DNA of 32,000 nt from Synechococcus sp. A15-28 (GTDB lineage Bacteria; Cyanobacteriota; Cyanobacteriia; PCC-6307; Cyanobiaceae). Shown piece after piece: positions 1 to 7,786 of the stretch. The stretch is from contig NZ_CP047931.1 in assembly GCF_014280175.1 (NCBI RefSeq), positions 1,590,001 to 1,622,000 of the forward strand, in the 5' to 3' direction. Each line of letters starts with the position of its first letter. Position 1 is the stretch's first letter. Below the pieces are notes generated by a model. It did not search any database, was not told the origin of the DNA, and was given only the letters and a program-made list of their open reading frames with translations. The translations under genes were made by a program, and so were the position numbers.

Positions 1-76
1 AGTGTTGCTTGCCCGTAAGCCGATGCTCAGTTCTTCGTGCGAATAACTAATGGATGGTCTGCATCACTCAGTTTTC

Positions 77-838
77 TCAGAGCCAAGAAACCGTGTCTTG
101 AGTTGGTTCTTCGCTAATGCGGTGAGGGCAGATTTCGGCAAGGCGGCAGAAGCGGCACTCGTTAGTAGATGGGGATGGCTCAGGTTGTAGCCCAACTGTG
201 AGGCTCAACAAATCTGACAACTGTTGTTGGAATGCCACCCCGGCTTCGGGTGCAGGGATTTCAACTCGATCTCCATTCGCATACACCAATTCACCGCAGG
301 GTGGATGTTGGACGCCCTCCAGTGCATTGGCATATGGCGCTAAGGCCATATACGTAAGGACTTGGGCACGATCTTTGCCGCGTGGGCGACCTGTTTTTGC
401 ATCCGAGATAACCCCTGGCATGGAGTCTGTCTCGCTGACCACCACATCACACTGCCCATGGATGGTGACACCGTCCTTGCTACGTAGGCGTAAGGCGTTC
501 TCCTGCTCAACATGAACGATTCGTCCCTTGTCTGAGTGGGTCCGAGCAACGGCTTGGAGTAGCCGTTCATGCTTGGTCACCCAATCACCCGGGACTCCTG
601 AAGATTTGGGCGTGCAGTAATTGACCTGAAGGAAGAGATTGAGAAGACAATGCCTTTCGCCTGCCAAGTACGGAGCCAGCCAAGTGACATGGCAATAGCG
701 CTCTTGACGTTGTTCCAGACTTAATACTTGGGACTTCAATTTTCTGTTTTCGAGGGCCAGGTCAAGATGCCAGCGACTTGTGAAGTCGGAGCTTCTTCTC
801 GTGCGAACAACGGATTGAGGTCGAGGAATATGCGCCAT
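77..838 (-). CDS. Cas4-like PD-(D/E)XK nuclease family protein
   Basis: 253-aa ORF with 'GQCDVVVS...VISDAKTGRPRGKDRAQVLTYMAL' (D...D-x-K...Q pattern of PD-(D/E)XK) and a C-terminal Cys cluster 'CRFCRLAEICPHR', plus an upstream Cys in 'AGERHCLLNLFLQ', as in Cas4-like Fe-S nucleases. No cas1/cas2 or repeat array nearby. Confidence 0.65.
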   Translation of the reverse strand: MAHIPRPQSVVRTRRSSDFTSRWHLDLALENRKLKSQVLSLEQRQERYCHVTWLAPYLAGERHCLLNLFLQVNYCTPKSSGVPGDWVTKHERLLQAVARTHSDKGRIVHVEQENALRLRSKDGVTIHGQCDVVVSETDSMPGVISDAKTGRPRGKDRAQVLTYMALAPYANALEGVQHPPCGELVYANGDRVEIPAPEAGVAFQQQLSDLLSLTVGLQPEPSPSTNECRFCRLAEICPHRISEEPTQDTVSWL

Positions 839-1155
839 CTAAAGATCCAAGAGAGTCGAGATATGTCTTTCCATGCCTTGTTCAGTGCTGCACCGGGGCT
901 TGCCGTTTACTTCCGGAAAAAGAGTTTTTATTGATGGATGTTGGTTGAAATCACTTCGGTGGCGCCGGGCTTGAAGAGGTCATTTGCAGCACTGTTTCAA
1001 CCTTCTACTGGTATTGATGAACTGGCTTCAAGGGGCTTTGGGATCGGTCGATGGCGCAGCCTGAGGCATCACCTTGAAGCCGGAACCGTCCTTCAAGGGC
1101 GAGAGCTTCCTTCTGTGATGGCCGCGGCCAGCTAGAGATCTTCCTGGATGACCTC

Positions 1156-1794
1156 GTGCGCGAGGGCGGGTCTCCGCAGTTGATGGCAATGGTGCTTGAG
1201 CACCTGGCCGATCAACGAGAGGCTCTACAGCGGGAGCGCGATGGCTGGAGCTTTGTGTGGTCGGGACCTGAGCCTGCCCATGCCAAGACAGCTGACACTT
1301 TCGCCACAGTGGATCAGCTCATCCAACAGGCACAGACGAGCCTCCTGATCGCGACTTACAACATCGGCCTCTCCAATCAGTTTCAAGAGCTGTTGGAGTC
1401 AATCGCGGACCGGCTAGGCAGCGGCCAGCTTCAGCGGGTGGAGTTGTTCTTTCATCCGATTCAGATCGCCGATCGCCTGGGCTCCGATCCACTGCGAATG
1501 ATCCGGCAGTGGTTCGACAAGGAGGTGTGGCCTTGGCCGGCCAAGCCACTCATATACGTCGATCAAAGACTGTCTTCAGGGGCTGCTGAGCGCTGCTGTC
1601 AGCACGCCAAGGTTGTTGTCGCTGATGCCGACACAGAACAATCGAGCGCTCTTGTCACTAGTGCCAACTTCAGCGAGGCGGCGCAGCGCCACAACTTCGA
1701 AGCCGGTTGGCTCGTTCGAGAACCGTGGCGCGCTGATCAGGTGGCCAAGCACTTCCGCCAGATGGTTGCGGAGGGGTTGTTCCTCCAGGTCTGA
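1156..1794 (+). CDS. Phospholipase D-like nuclease, single HKD motif, resembling DISARM DrmC
   Basis: 'HAKVVVAD' (HxKx4D) followed by 'SALVTSANFSEAAQRHNFEAGWLVREP' and 'WSFVWSGPEP' near the N-terminus, an arrangement I associate with DrmC-type proteins. GTG start at 1156; the frame is open upstream to the stop at 1075-1077. PLD family firm, DrmC assignment tentative. Confidence 0.6.
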   Translation: MREGGSPQLMAMVLEHLADQREALQRERDGWSFVWSGPEPAHAKTADTFATVDQLIQQAQTSLLIATYNIGLSNQFQELLESIADRLGSGQLQRVELFFHPIQIADRLGSDPLRMIRQWFDKEVWPWPAKPLIYVDQRLSSGAAERCCQHAKVVVADADTEQSSALVTSANFSEAAQRHNFEAGWLVREPWRADQVAKHFRQMVAEGLFLQV

Positions 1795-1814
1795 GGCTGA
1801 GCGGATTTCAGCCC

Positions 1815-2609
1815 TTGTGCTGTTACAGGTTCAACCACCGTAGACTTATGGAACAAGCGGTTGGATGCGTGTTGTCTTCGCCTGATTGCCCTCTGAACCC
1901 AGTTCGTTGGCTCGCCTATTACCGGGTCAGTACAGATCGCCAGGGAAACTCCGGTCTGGGCCTCGAAGCGCAGCGGGCCAAGGTTGAAGTCATGGCTTCC
2001 GAGCGGGGGGCTGTGATCACGGCTGAATTCGTGGAGGTTGAGAGCGGTCGCAAGAACGATCGTCCTCAGTTGGCCGCGGCTCTGGCTCAGGCTCGCGCGG
2101 AGAAGGCCGTCATTGCTGTTGCCAAGATCGATCGTCTGGCTCGTGATGCTGGCTTCGTCTTGAAGCTCGCCAACGAGGCAGAAAAGAACGGGATGGGTGG
2201 CTTCGTCTTCTGCGACTTGCCAGACATTGATGCCACCACCAGTGCCGGTCGGATGGTGCTCACGATGATGGCCAGCGTTGCTGAGTTCGAGGCACGTCGG
2301 ATCAGCGAGCGAACCAAAGAAGCGTTGGCCGCGGCCAAGGCCCGAGGCGTGTGTCTTGGTGGGTACCGGGAGGGTGCTGCTCAGAAGGCGTCGGAGCGCA
2401 AGCAGAAGGCCATTGCTGAGGCGGAGGGGCTGCGCGGGGTTCTTGAGCCAATGGTTCATGCAGGCTTGAGCTACAGGGCCATGGCTGATGCGCTTGCAGG
2501 GGTTGGCAAGCTCAGCAGTACGGGAAAGCCACTGGCTCCGGCGCAGATCGGTCGGATCCTCCAGAGGCTGGGTTTAACCCAATCATCAACAGGGCAGAAA
2601 GCTTTGTAA
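1815..2609 (+). CDS. Small serine recombinase / resolvase family protein
   Basis: 'LAYYRVSTDRQGNSGLGLEAQR' catalytic region, 'AVAKIDRLARD', 'MMASVAEFEARRISERTKEALAAAKARG' and a C-terminal HTH-like segment. Start may be 1848 or later. Confidence 0.9.
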   Translation: MCCYRFNHRRLMEQAVGCVLSSPDCPLNPVRWLAYYRVSTDRQGNSGLGLEAQRAKVEVMASERGAVITAEFVEVESGRKNDRPQLAAALAQARAEKAVIAVAKIDRLARDAGFVLKLANEAEKNGMGGFVFCDLPDIDATTSAGRMVLTMMASVAEFEARRISERTKEALAAAKARGVCLGGYREGAAQKASERKQKAIAEAEGLRGVLEPMVHAGLSYRAMADALAGVGKLSSTGKPLAPAQIGRILQRLGLTQSSTGQKAL

Positions 2610-2702
2610 TTACGGTTTAGAGAAATAACAAAAGGGTCCTTTTGAGGCTTTACGAATGTGAGGTGATTCGAGCCGCATTGTTAGGCCAGGCAATCGCGTG
2701 TA

Positions 2703-2718
2703 AAGTATGTCAATACTT
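2703..2718. promoter_or_regulatory. Perfect inverted repeat, possible operator upstream of the HTH gene
   Basis: AAGTAT-GTCA-ATACTT, 6-bp arms with 4-nt spacer, 39 bp upstream of the ATG at 2757. Confidence 0.3.
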
Positions 2719-2756
2719 CGACTATTTGCGGGCAGCTGTCAACAACTATTCTACCA

Positions 2757-3140
2757 ATGGAGAGCAAACGCCAACTGATCAGTGAAAAAGAAGCAGCGGC
2801 AATTCTCAACCGCACGCCATCAGCTATCTACAGAGCGCTTGCCGACAACAGGCTGCGTTTCGCCGACGAGCGGAACCGCAAGCTCGATCGCCGAAACCTT
2901 GAAGAACGCTTCAGCAGGTCAACAAGGCCGCGCGCAGATAAACCGATGGCTTCACCCGCTCCAGTAGAGCAGCAACCAATCCACGAAGACGATTGGCAGG
3001 AGATCGCTGCAGTGGCGAACGAACTAATCGACGCAGCAGCCTGGGCCACACCACCACCATGGACCGCTGATCGCTGGGCTGGATTAGCTGGTGTACTTGA
3101 AATTGCGCGAATTGAAGTATCAGGAATCTGCGGCAAATAG
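2757..3140 (+). CDS. Small HTH (MerR/excisionase-like) DNA-binding protein
   Basis: N-terminus 'LISEKEAAAILNRTPSAIYRALADNRLRFADERNRKLDRRNLEE' resembles an excisionase/MerR winged helix; located between two recombinase genes. Confidence 0.5.
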   Translation: MESKRQLISEKEAAAILNRTPSAIYRALADNRLRFADERNRKLDRRNLEERFSRSTRPRADKPMASPAPVEQQPIHEDDWQEIAAVANELIDAAAWATPPPWTADRWAGLAGVLEIARIEVSGICGK

Positions 3141-3202
3141 GGTGCGAACTGCTGAGTGAATTCAACTCACACAAGACTATCTTTTACATGTTAAATCCTT
3201 GG

Positions 3203-3772
3203 CTAGCCAAGACGTAGCGATTGCCGAATAGCAGATTTAAGCTTGGCCAGCAATGCGTCTGATTTGTCGTTCAATTGATCAATTTCTTGCCAGTCTACTT
3301 TTCGCCCCGACATCTTAATCTCAGATTTCATATAAAGACGCACGGATAACTCCCAGATCTGCCTGCAAATCCTATAAATATCATCTGACATGAATGGCTC
3401 TTTTTTTACAACAGCATTTTTGTAGTCTTCGCGTTGCGAGCTATATGCATTTACGCGCTCTTTAAATTCTTTCCCAGATTCAGCAGAATCACCACCAGAA
3501 GGAGGCTCGAACAGGGGCATCAAATCTCTAGCGCTACGCTGCAATTCCCAAGCATGAGAATACACTTCTCGCAAGAAAGTGTATTTGTATTGATAGTCAA
3601 TACTATACCTGGTATAGTCTAATTTATAAGAGGATTCAAGTCTTACGATATCTTTGCTATTAGACCATTTCAGAAACCCTATTGCAAAGGGTGAAATAAT
3701 TCCTCCCGCTTTTGCCAAGAAGGTTACCCACTGAGCCAAGTCGTCAATATCTGAAGTGGCATCACCAGCCAA
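3203..3772 (-). CDS. Hypothetical protein with possible N-terminal membrane segment
   Basis: 189-aa intact ORF, visibly AT-richer than neighbours; segment 'WVTFLAKAGGIISPFAIGFLKW' is hydrophobic. No family recognised. Confidence 0.55.
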   Translation of the reverse strand: MAGDATSDIDDLAQWVTFLAKAGGIISPFAIGFLKWSNSKDIVRLESSYKLDYTRYSIDYQYKYTFLREVYSHAWELQRSARDLMPLFEPPSGGDSAESGKEFKERVNAYSSQREDYKNAVVKKEPFMSDDIYRICRQIWELSVRLYMKSEIKMSGRKVDWQEIDQLNDKSDALLAKLKSAIRQSLRLG

Positions 3773-3826
3773 TTATGGCCTGGGCTACAAGGGAAATAAT
3801 TAAGGGCGGAATAATTACTAGTCGTT

Positions 3827-5461
3827 TCATAGCTTCACCCCAAGGACTTCAGAATCGTGCCGAGTCTGGTCCAAAACGATGGTGTCGCCCTCGCGATAGA
3901 CGTCGAGCTGCTCCACGCCGCCATCTTTCATGAACCGCATCTGACCGGTGTGAGTGATCTCCACGACGACTCCAAGGGTGTTGGCCCAGTTGTTGAAAGC
4001 TCGTCGCTGCTCCTTGTCTTCGAGGTTGGCGAGGAAGTCCTTGGTGCGGCGCAAGACTTCCTCTTTCATGTCCTCGCCTGATGGCGCAAGGCTCAGTACC
4101 TCTATCCGTCTGCTGATTTCATCAGCAGCCGCTTGTGCTTTAGCGAGAGTTTTCTTGGCGGCCTTGCCTACCCCAGTCATCAACTTGATGGCCTCGGCGT
4201 CGAAATCCTTTAAACCCATTGCTGTCGCCAAGTTGGCGTTGTTGTTGTCGACCGTTTGCTTCAGCTGATCAATCTCACTCTCTTGATCCTTGAGTTGGCT
4301 CTGAAGCGCTGCGATCTGCTTGGTGTCACGTGGCGTGTCGAAGAGGTCTTCCCACCTGGCATCCATCAAGGCATGAATAAGAAGCTCCTCGTCGTATTTC
4401 CAGTTCCCCTTTGGAGCAGTGCAGGTGTGGTTGCGCTGATTCATGCAAATCAGATAGCTGTAGCGGTATTGCCCGGTTGACTTGTCCTTGTGCGCGCCCT
4501 GCCAAGTCAACGTGCCGCCACAAGTACAGCGAGTCAGACCTTGAAGAATGTTGTGGCAGAAATCGCCGCGGCCAGTGCCGCCAGGATTGGCTTCATCCAC
4601 CAAGGCCTGGACGGTTTCCCAAAGCTTGGTGCCAATTACACGAGGGAAGTAGCCCCTGGCCACTCGCCCTGATCTGAAAGCCTTCTCACCGATCAAGCGT
4701 CGATCACGAAGGACACGGCCAATTCGTCCTTCGCTGAAGCTCCCCCCTCCAGACATGGTTCTGCCTAGCTCATTCATTGCGAGGGCGATCTGCTTCGCAC
4801 CCATGCCCTCTGTGCGTAGCCGGAAGATTTCGCGCATCCAGTCAGCGCGTTCGTTTTCCTCGAAGTCGGTTTTGTCGTCATTCACCCGAACCCAGTCGGG
4901 TGCACTGGCCATCGACAGGTATTTGGTGCCGCTCTTGAAGTACGCCTGTTCGCGCAGGTTCCACACCTGTGAGTTGGTTTTGCTCAGGCCCTTGCTGAAG
5001 TCATGAGCCGCTTGCATGGCCATGTCGAGCTTGATCCGCAAAACCTGGTCTTCATCAAATTTTTCGCGGGTAATGACGACGTCCTCACGAACCCAAGCAA
5101 GGGCGCAACCAACACTCCAGAGAGCTCCGAGCATCTCGTGTGAATAGCTGGCTTTACGCCTGCTGAAGCGGCTCCAATCCTCAACAACTAAAACCGAGCC
5201 CCAGGGAATTTTTTTGTCTTGAGCAGCCTTGATGAAGCCGCCGAGATTCCCTTTCTTGAAGTGCTTGGCGTGATAGGCGCTCAGTCCTTCGTCTCTTATC
5301 GGGTCAGGGTTTGGCGTCAGGCCATGGCGCTCGCAGAAAGGAGCGAAGTCCTCATGCTGGCGCGCAATACCTTTCTTCCCTTTCCCCGCCTGCTTTCGGT
5401 TGCTAACCCGTTCATAGCTGAAGGCGATCCGTGCGGTTGATGAAAGCGACGGTGCAGGCAC
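3827..5461 (-). CDS. Large serine recombinase (site-specific integrase type)
   Basis: 544 aa: N-terminal 'IAFSYERVSNRKQAGKGKKGIARQ', 'VVEDWSRFSRR', recombinase domain 'MAMASAPDW/...MREIFRLRTEGMGAKQIALAMNE...RIGRVLRDRRLIG', zinc ribbon 'RCTCGGTLTW...YLICMNQRNHTC' and a coiled-coil region. GTG start at 5461. Confidence 0.9.
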   Translation of the reverse strand: MPAPSLSSTARIAFSYERVSNRKQAGKGKKGIARQHEDFAPFCERHGLTPNPDPIRDEGLSAYHAKHFKKGNLGGFIKAAQDKKIPWGSVLVVEDWSRFSRRKASYSHEMLGALWSVGCALAWVREDVVITREKFDEDQVLRIKLDMAMQAAHDFSKGLSKTNSQVWNLREQAYFKSGTKYLSMASAPDWVRVNDDKTDFEENERADWMREIFRLRTEGMGAKQIALAMNELGRTMSGGGSFSEGRIGRVLRDRRLIGEKAFRSGRVARGYFPRVIGTKLWETVQALVDEANPGGTGRGDFCHNILQGLTRCTCGGTLTWQGAHKDKSTGQYRYSYLICMNQRNHTCTAPKGNWKYDEELLIHALMDARWEDLFDTPRDTKQIAALQSQLKDQESEIDQLKQTVDNNNANLATAMGLKDFDAEAIKLMTGVGKAAKKTLAKAQAAADEISRRIEVLSLAPSGEDMKEEVLRRTKDFLANLEDKEQRRAFNNWANTLGVVVEITHTGQMRFMKDGGVEQLDVYREGDTIVLDQTRHDSEVLGVKL

Positions 5462-6006
5462 TTGATGAACTGGTCGTTCAAACGCCAGGAATGGGGTTTA
5501 CGAACATCACCCAGCGATTGAACGATTGGGTCGCATTAACCCCGGTCAGCACTGGGATCTTGAACTTATACGCGAAGCATACAAGCTGCAGCCTCACGAT
5601 CAACGAAAACGCCGACCCTCGCGTTCTGGACGATCTCGCCGACTGGATGGCCGACATCGTTCCCGAATCGCGTCGCTACAGCCATGCCGACGAAGGGTCC
5701 GATGACATGCCAGCCCACATCCGCACAGCGCTCACCGCCCAGACCCTCAGCCTCAGCGTTGATGCTGGTCAACTTGTGCTCGGCACCTGGCAGGCGGTCT
5801 ATCTCTGGGAGCACCGACGAAGGCCCCACCAACGGCGCGTGTTTTGTCATCTCCTCGGGGAACCGGCCGCCCTGGAGACGACAAGCAAAGCGCTGAATCA
5901 GCAGATCCAGGCACGCCACGACCCCGAGGCCTGGGCGGCCGATGGAGGCATCGAAACCGAGGTGGACTGCATGGTGGATCAATTGCACGACCTGGCGCAG
6001 ACCTGA
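5440..6006 (+). CDS. yjbQ: YjbQ/UPF0047 family protein (secondary thiamine-phosphate synthase type)
   Basis: 'LYAKHTSCSLTINENADPRVLDDLADWM', 'DDMPAHIRTALTAQTLSLSVDAGQLVLGTWQAVYLWEHR' are family hallmarks. Start uncertain (5431, 5440 or 5452); overlaps the recombinase 5' end divergently. Confidence 0.88.
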   Translation: MKATVQALDELVVQTPGMGFTNITQRLNDWVALTPVSTGILNLYAKHTSCSLTINENADPRVLDDLADWMADIVPESRRYSHADEGSDDMPAHIRTALTAQTLSLSVDAGQLVLGTWQAVYLWEHRRRPHQRRVFCHLLGEPAALETTSKALNQQIQARHDPEAWAADGGIETEVDCMVDQLHDLAQT

Positions 6007-6051
6007 TCGGCAACGGGCTCAGAATGGTGAGGTCCGTCGCGGCCAGACACC

Positions 6052-6339
6052 ATGCCCTCTCTGCTCTCAGCGGACCAACGGCAGATGCTGCCGGCGACGC
6101 TGCCGCAGTGGACCGTTGACCAGCAGTCCATCAGCCGCGAGCTGGTTTTCAGAGACTTCAACGAAGCCTTCGGTTTCATGAGCCGGGTGGCCCTGTTGGC
6201 GGAAAGTCGCAACCACCACCCCAACTGGAGCAACGTCTACAACCGCGTATCGATCACGCTCTCCACCCACGATCTGGGGGGGCTGAGCGATCTCGATATC
6301 GAGCTGGCTGCAGCGATCGATCAACTGCTGCCAGCATGA
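6052..6339 (+). CDS. phhB: 4a-hydroxytetrahydrobiopterin dehydratase (PCD/DCoH)
   Basis: '[60 protein letters not shown]' matches the PCD signature (HHPNW...HD.GGL...D..LA..ID). Confidence 0.93.
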   Translation: MPSLLSADQRQMLPATLPQWTVDQQSISRELVFRDFNEAFGFMSRVALLAESRNHHPNWSNVYNRVSITLSTHDLGGLSDLDIELAAAIDQLLPA

Positions 6340-6358
6340 GCGAAAAGGTCCTGATCGA

Positions 6359-7456
6359 ATGACGACAGCACCCGTCGCCGCCGGCGTCCCCGTGACCATC
6401 CTGAGCGGCTTTCTGGGAGCGGGAAAAACCACGCTGCTGAACCACATTCTCAGCAATCAGCAGGGGGTGAAAACCGCTGTTCTGGTGAATGAGTTCGGCG
6501 AGATCGGAATCGACAACGATCTGATCGTGTCCACCGGCGAAGAGATGGTGGAACTGAGCAACGGCTGCATCTGCTGCTCGATCAACGGCGAACTGATGGA
6601 GTCCGTCGAGCGGATTCTGGAGCGCCCTGAGCCCCTGGATTACATCGTTGTTGAAACGACAGGACTGGCCGATCCACTGCCGGTGGCCATGACCTTCCTG
6701 GGCAGTGAGCTGCGGGATTCGACCCGGCTGGACTCGATCATCACCCTTGTTGATGCGGAGAATTTCGACGTGGGCCTGCTGGATTCGGAGGTGGGTCGGG
6801 CTCAGGTGATCTACGGCGACATCCTGCTGCTGAACAAATGCGACCTGGTCGCCGAAGAGCGGCTGGCGGAGGTGGAAGCGGAATTAAGGGGTGTGAAAAA
6901 CGATGCCCGCATCTTGCGGTCGGTGAAAGGGGACGTGCCCCTGGCTCTGCTGCTGAGTGTCGGCCTGTTCGAATCCGACAAGGTGGCCACGCCAGTGGAG
7001 GATCCGAGCCTCGACCACAGCGACTGCGATCACGACCATGGCCACTGCAGCCATGACCACGACCACGATCACAGCCATGACCACGGGCACGGTCATGACC
7101 ACGGGCACGGTCATGACCACGGTCATGGAGAAAGTTCAGACCATCTGGCCATCGAAGGGTTCACATCCCTGTCTTTCCAGAGCGACGGACCCTTCTCCCT
7201 GCGCAAATTTCAGAACTTCCTGGACAACCAGATGCCCCAGGAGGTGTTCAGGGCGAAAGGAATTCTCTGGTTCAACGAAAGCGAGCGGCGCCACGTGTTT
7301 CACCTCGCGGGCAAGCGCTTTTCCATTGACGACACCGACTGGACAGGCGATCGCAAGAATCAACTGGTTCTGATCGGCCGGAACATTGATCACACCACCC
7401 TGCGTCAGCAATTGAACGCCTGTGTGGCGAAGGATGTCGGCAAAGGATTTGCCTGA
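6359..7456 (+). CDS. COG0523 / CobW-family GTPase with His-rich metal-binding loop
   Basis: Walker A 'GFLGAGKTTLLNHIL', 'NEFGEIGIDNDLI', 'ELSNGCICCS' (CxCC), 'NKCDL', and a His-rich stretch HDHDHGHCSHDHDHDHSHDHGHGHDHGHGHDHGHG. Confidence 0.95.
   Translation: MTTAPVAAGVPVTILSGFLGAGKTTLLNHILSNQQGVKTAVLVNEFGEIGIDNDLIVSTGEEMVELSNGCICCSINGELMESVERILERPEPLDYIVVETTGLADPLPVAMTFLGSELRDSTRLDSIITLVDAENFDVGLLDSEVGRAQVIYGDILLLNKCDLVAEERLAEVEAELRGVKNDARILRSVKGDVPLALLLSVGLFESDKVATPVEDPSLDHSDCDHDHGHCSHDHDHDHSHDHGHGHDHGHGHDHGHGESSDHLAIEGFTSLSFQSDGPFSLRKFQNFLDNQMPQEVFRAKGILWFNESERRHVFHLAGKRFSIDDTDWTGDRKNQLVLIGRNIDHTTLRQQLNACVAKDVGKGFA
7076..7128 (+). repeat. 18-bp tandem repeat encoding Asp/Gly/His-rich loop
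   Basis: CATGACCACGGGCACGGT at 7076-7093 and 7094-7111, then a partial copy CATGACCACGGTCATGG from 7112. Confidence 0.85.
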
Positions 7457-7493
7457 CTCAACGTGTCCATGCCAACCCCACTAAGGTGCTGGC

Positions 7494-7655
7494 ATGGAGA
7501 ACACTTTCATGGCAGAGCCAATCACCCTCGTGACATTGCTGGTGATTGTCAGCCTGCTGCTTCTGCTGCAGGACTCCGACGATGACAACAGCGGTGGCGG
7601 CCTGAGGGAGCCGGTTCTGATCCCTGTGCGTGTGCGCGATCAACAGCGACGCTGA
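7494..7655 (+). CDS. Putative small single-TM protein (53 aa)
   Basis: ATG to TGA reads MENTFMAEPITLVTLLVIVSLLLLLQDSDDDNSGGGLREPVLIPVRVRDQQRR; one hydrophobic helix followed by an acidic/Gly stretch. Not in the supplied ORF track (below length cutoff). Confidence 0.5.
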   Translation: MENTFMAEPITLVTLLVIVSLLLLLQDSDDDNSGGGLREPVLIPVRVRDQQRR

Positions 7656-7680
7656 CCCAAGCCTTCCTGGTTCCTTCCGG

Positions 7681-7710
7681 TCCCCTGCCAACGGCGGGGG
7701 ATTTTTTTTG
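7681..7710 (+). terminator. Putative rho-independent terminator
   Basis: TCCCCTGCCAACGGCGGGGGATTTTTTTT: GC stem followed by an 8-T run. Confidence 0.65.
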
Positions 7711-7786
7711 CACGTTGTGTCAGCTCATGACGCGCGCCCGAGGACTCACCGTCGCTATTGCGTATCGTTCTCAAAACAGACGTGAC

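Noticed and set aside
938-1135. 65-aa ORF between the two nuclease genes
   Set aside because: Sequence looks random, no recognisable motif, and it spans the candidate att repeat; not supported as a gene.
77-1794. Complete DISARM or CRISPR-Cas system
   Set aside because: Only a DrmC-like and a Cas4-like ORF are visible; no DrmA, DrmB, methylase, cas1/cas2 or repeat-spacer array in the window.
2620-2660. AAAAGGGTCCTTTT as a terminator for the resolvase
   Set aside because: Short weak stem with tiny loop and no clear T-run after it; not confident enough to annotate.
7076-7128. Possible CRISPR-like or satellite repeat
   Set aside because: Units are contiguous, in frame and encode the HDHGHG loop; no spacers.
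6838-7373. Out-of-frame ORFs in the COG0523 gene (6838..7056, 6957..7373, 6884..7126)
   Set aside because: They lie inside a confident CDS and their low-complexity H/T/V/M-rich content comes from the coding tandem repeat.
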